From: an uncultured Acidobacteriota bacterium
GTDB taxonomy: Bacteria > Acidobacteriota > Vicinamibacteria > Vicinamibacterales > 2-12-FULL-66-21
Reading direction: 5' to 3'
NCBI GenBank assembly: GCA_963847125.1
Contig: CAWJYM010000009.1
Span: forward strand, 1,282,170 to 1,314,169
Length of the DNA: 32,000 nt
Each line of letters starts with the position of its first letter. The first letter of the stretch is position 1. The notes beneath the pieces are model-generated. The model had not been told where the DNA came from. It saw nothing but the letters and a program-made list of their open reading frames with translations, and made no database searches. Both the position numbers and the translations under genes were made by a program. Shown here piece after piece: positions 31,803 to 32,000 of the stretch.

Positions 31803-32000
31803 ATGAGCCAGGCCATTCGAGTGCTCGCCGCGATCGGACTCATCGCCGTGCTGTCCCGTTCGTCTGGACCGGATTCTTCGGCCGAGCGGGCTGGATCACA
31901 CGTCCGTGATCGTGCGAGCCAGCCGGCGAGCCTGTCGGCGCTGCCCATAGCCGCGCAGGGACAGATATCTGCGGCGCTGGGTCGCGACCAATCCACGTAC
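31803..32000 (+). CDS. 5' end of a secreted protein (partial, runs off the window end)
   Basis: It is absent from the ORF track because it is open to the window end. ATG 31803 (GGGGGA about 7 nt upstream) translates to MSQAIRVLAAIGLIAVLSRSSGPDSSAERAGSHVRDRASQPASLSALPIAAQGQISAALGRDQSTY. It has a signal-peptide-like start and is in frame through 32000. The identity is unknown. Confidence 0.4.
   Translation, partial: MSQAIRVLAAIGLIAVLSRSSGPDSSAERAGSHVRDRASQPASLSALPIAAQGQISAALGRDQSTY

Noticed and set aside
1-32000. Search by eye for tRNA/rRNA, CRISPR arrays, IS elements or integrases, and toxin-antitoxin or known defence-system genes
   Set aside because: I found no tandem repeat-spacer pattern, no tRNA-like T-arm (GGTTCGAATCC-type) in the intergenic regions, and no transposase, integrase or nuclease-like ORFs. 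The only repeats are the short intergenic elements reported above.

Overview
This is a GC-rich chromosomal segment (GC judged by eye, not computed). Its gene content best fits a soil Acidobacteriota-type genome. Supporting genes are an ADOP-type duplicated orphan permease, a CarboxypepD_reg-type TonB-dependent receptor, Ser/Thr kinases fused to a TolB-like propeller or a TPR array, and a TIGR02999-type ECF sigma factor. I support 25 coding features representing 24 genes, because one gene is split by a frameshift. I saw no rRNA, tRNA, CRISPR array, transposase or integrase. Gene order: partial ADOP permease (-), LytS-like kinase and LytTR regulator (+), secreted helical protein (+), TonB receptor then secreted propeller/phosphoesterase (-), small outer-membrane protein (+), kinase-TolB fusion (+), DUF167 (-), secreted amidohydrolase (+), small hypothetical (-), LolA-like secreted protein (+). 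Next comes a run of membrane-associated enzymes: PHP phosphoesterase, HemL-like aminotransferase fused to a DUF962/Mpo1-like domain, PEMT-type methyltransferase, a 903-aa hydrolase-like polytopic protein, a 4-TM protein and a GT4 glycosyltransferase. The window ends with an AAC(3)-like acetyltransferase (-), a lipoprotein and an SH3/beta-barrel outer-membrane protein (+), an ECF sigma with a TPR kinase (-), and a partial secreted protein (+). Four items deserve a second look. (1) The membrane-enzyme block at 17146-25556 matches no pathway I know. (2) A roughly 100-nt direct repeat with a conserved 22-nt hairpin lies upstream of both plus-strand operons of that block. (3) A REP-like hairpin family is present in three copies with compensatory stem changes. 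(4) Four genes each need removal of exactly one nucleotide to restore frame, and three of these sites lie at CCAGG. All coordinates and translations were derived by hand from the sequence and the ORF track. Family assignments rest on remembered motifs, not on searches.
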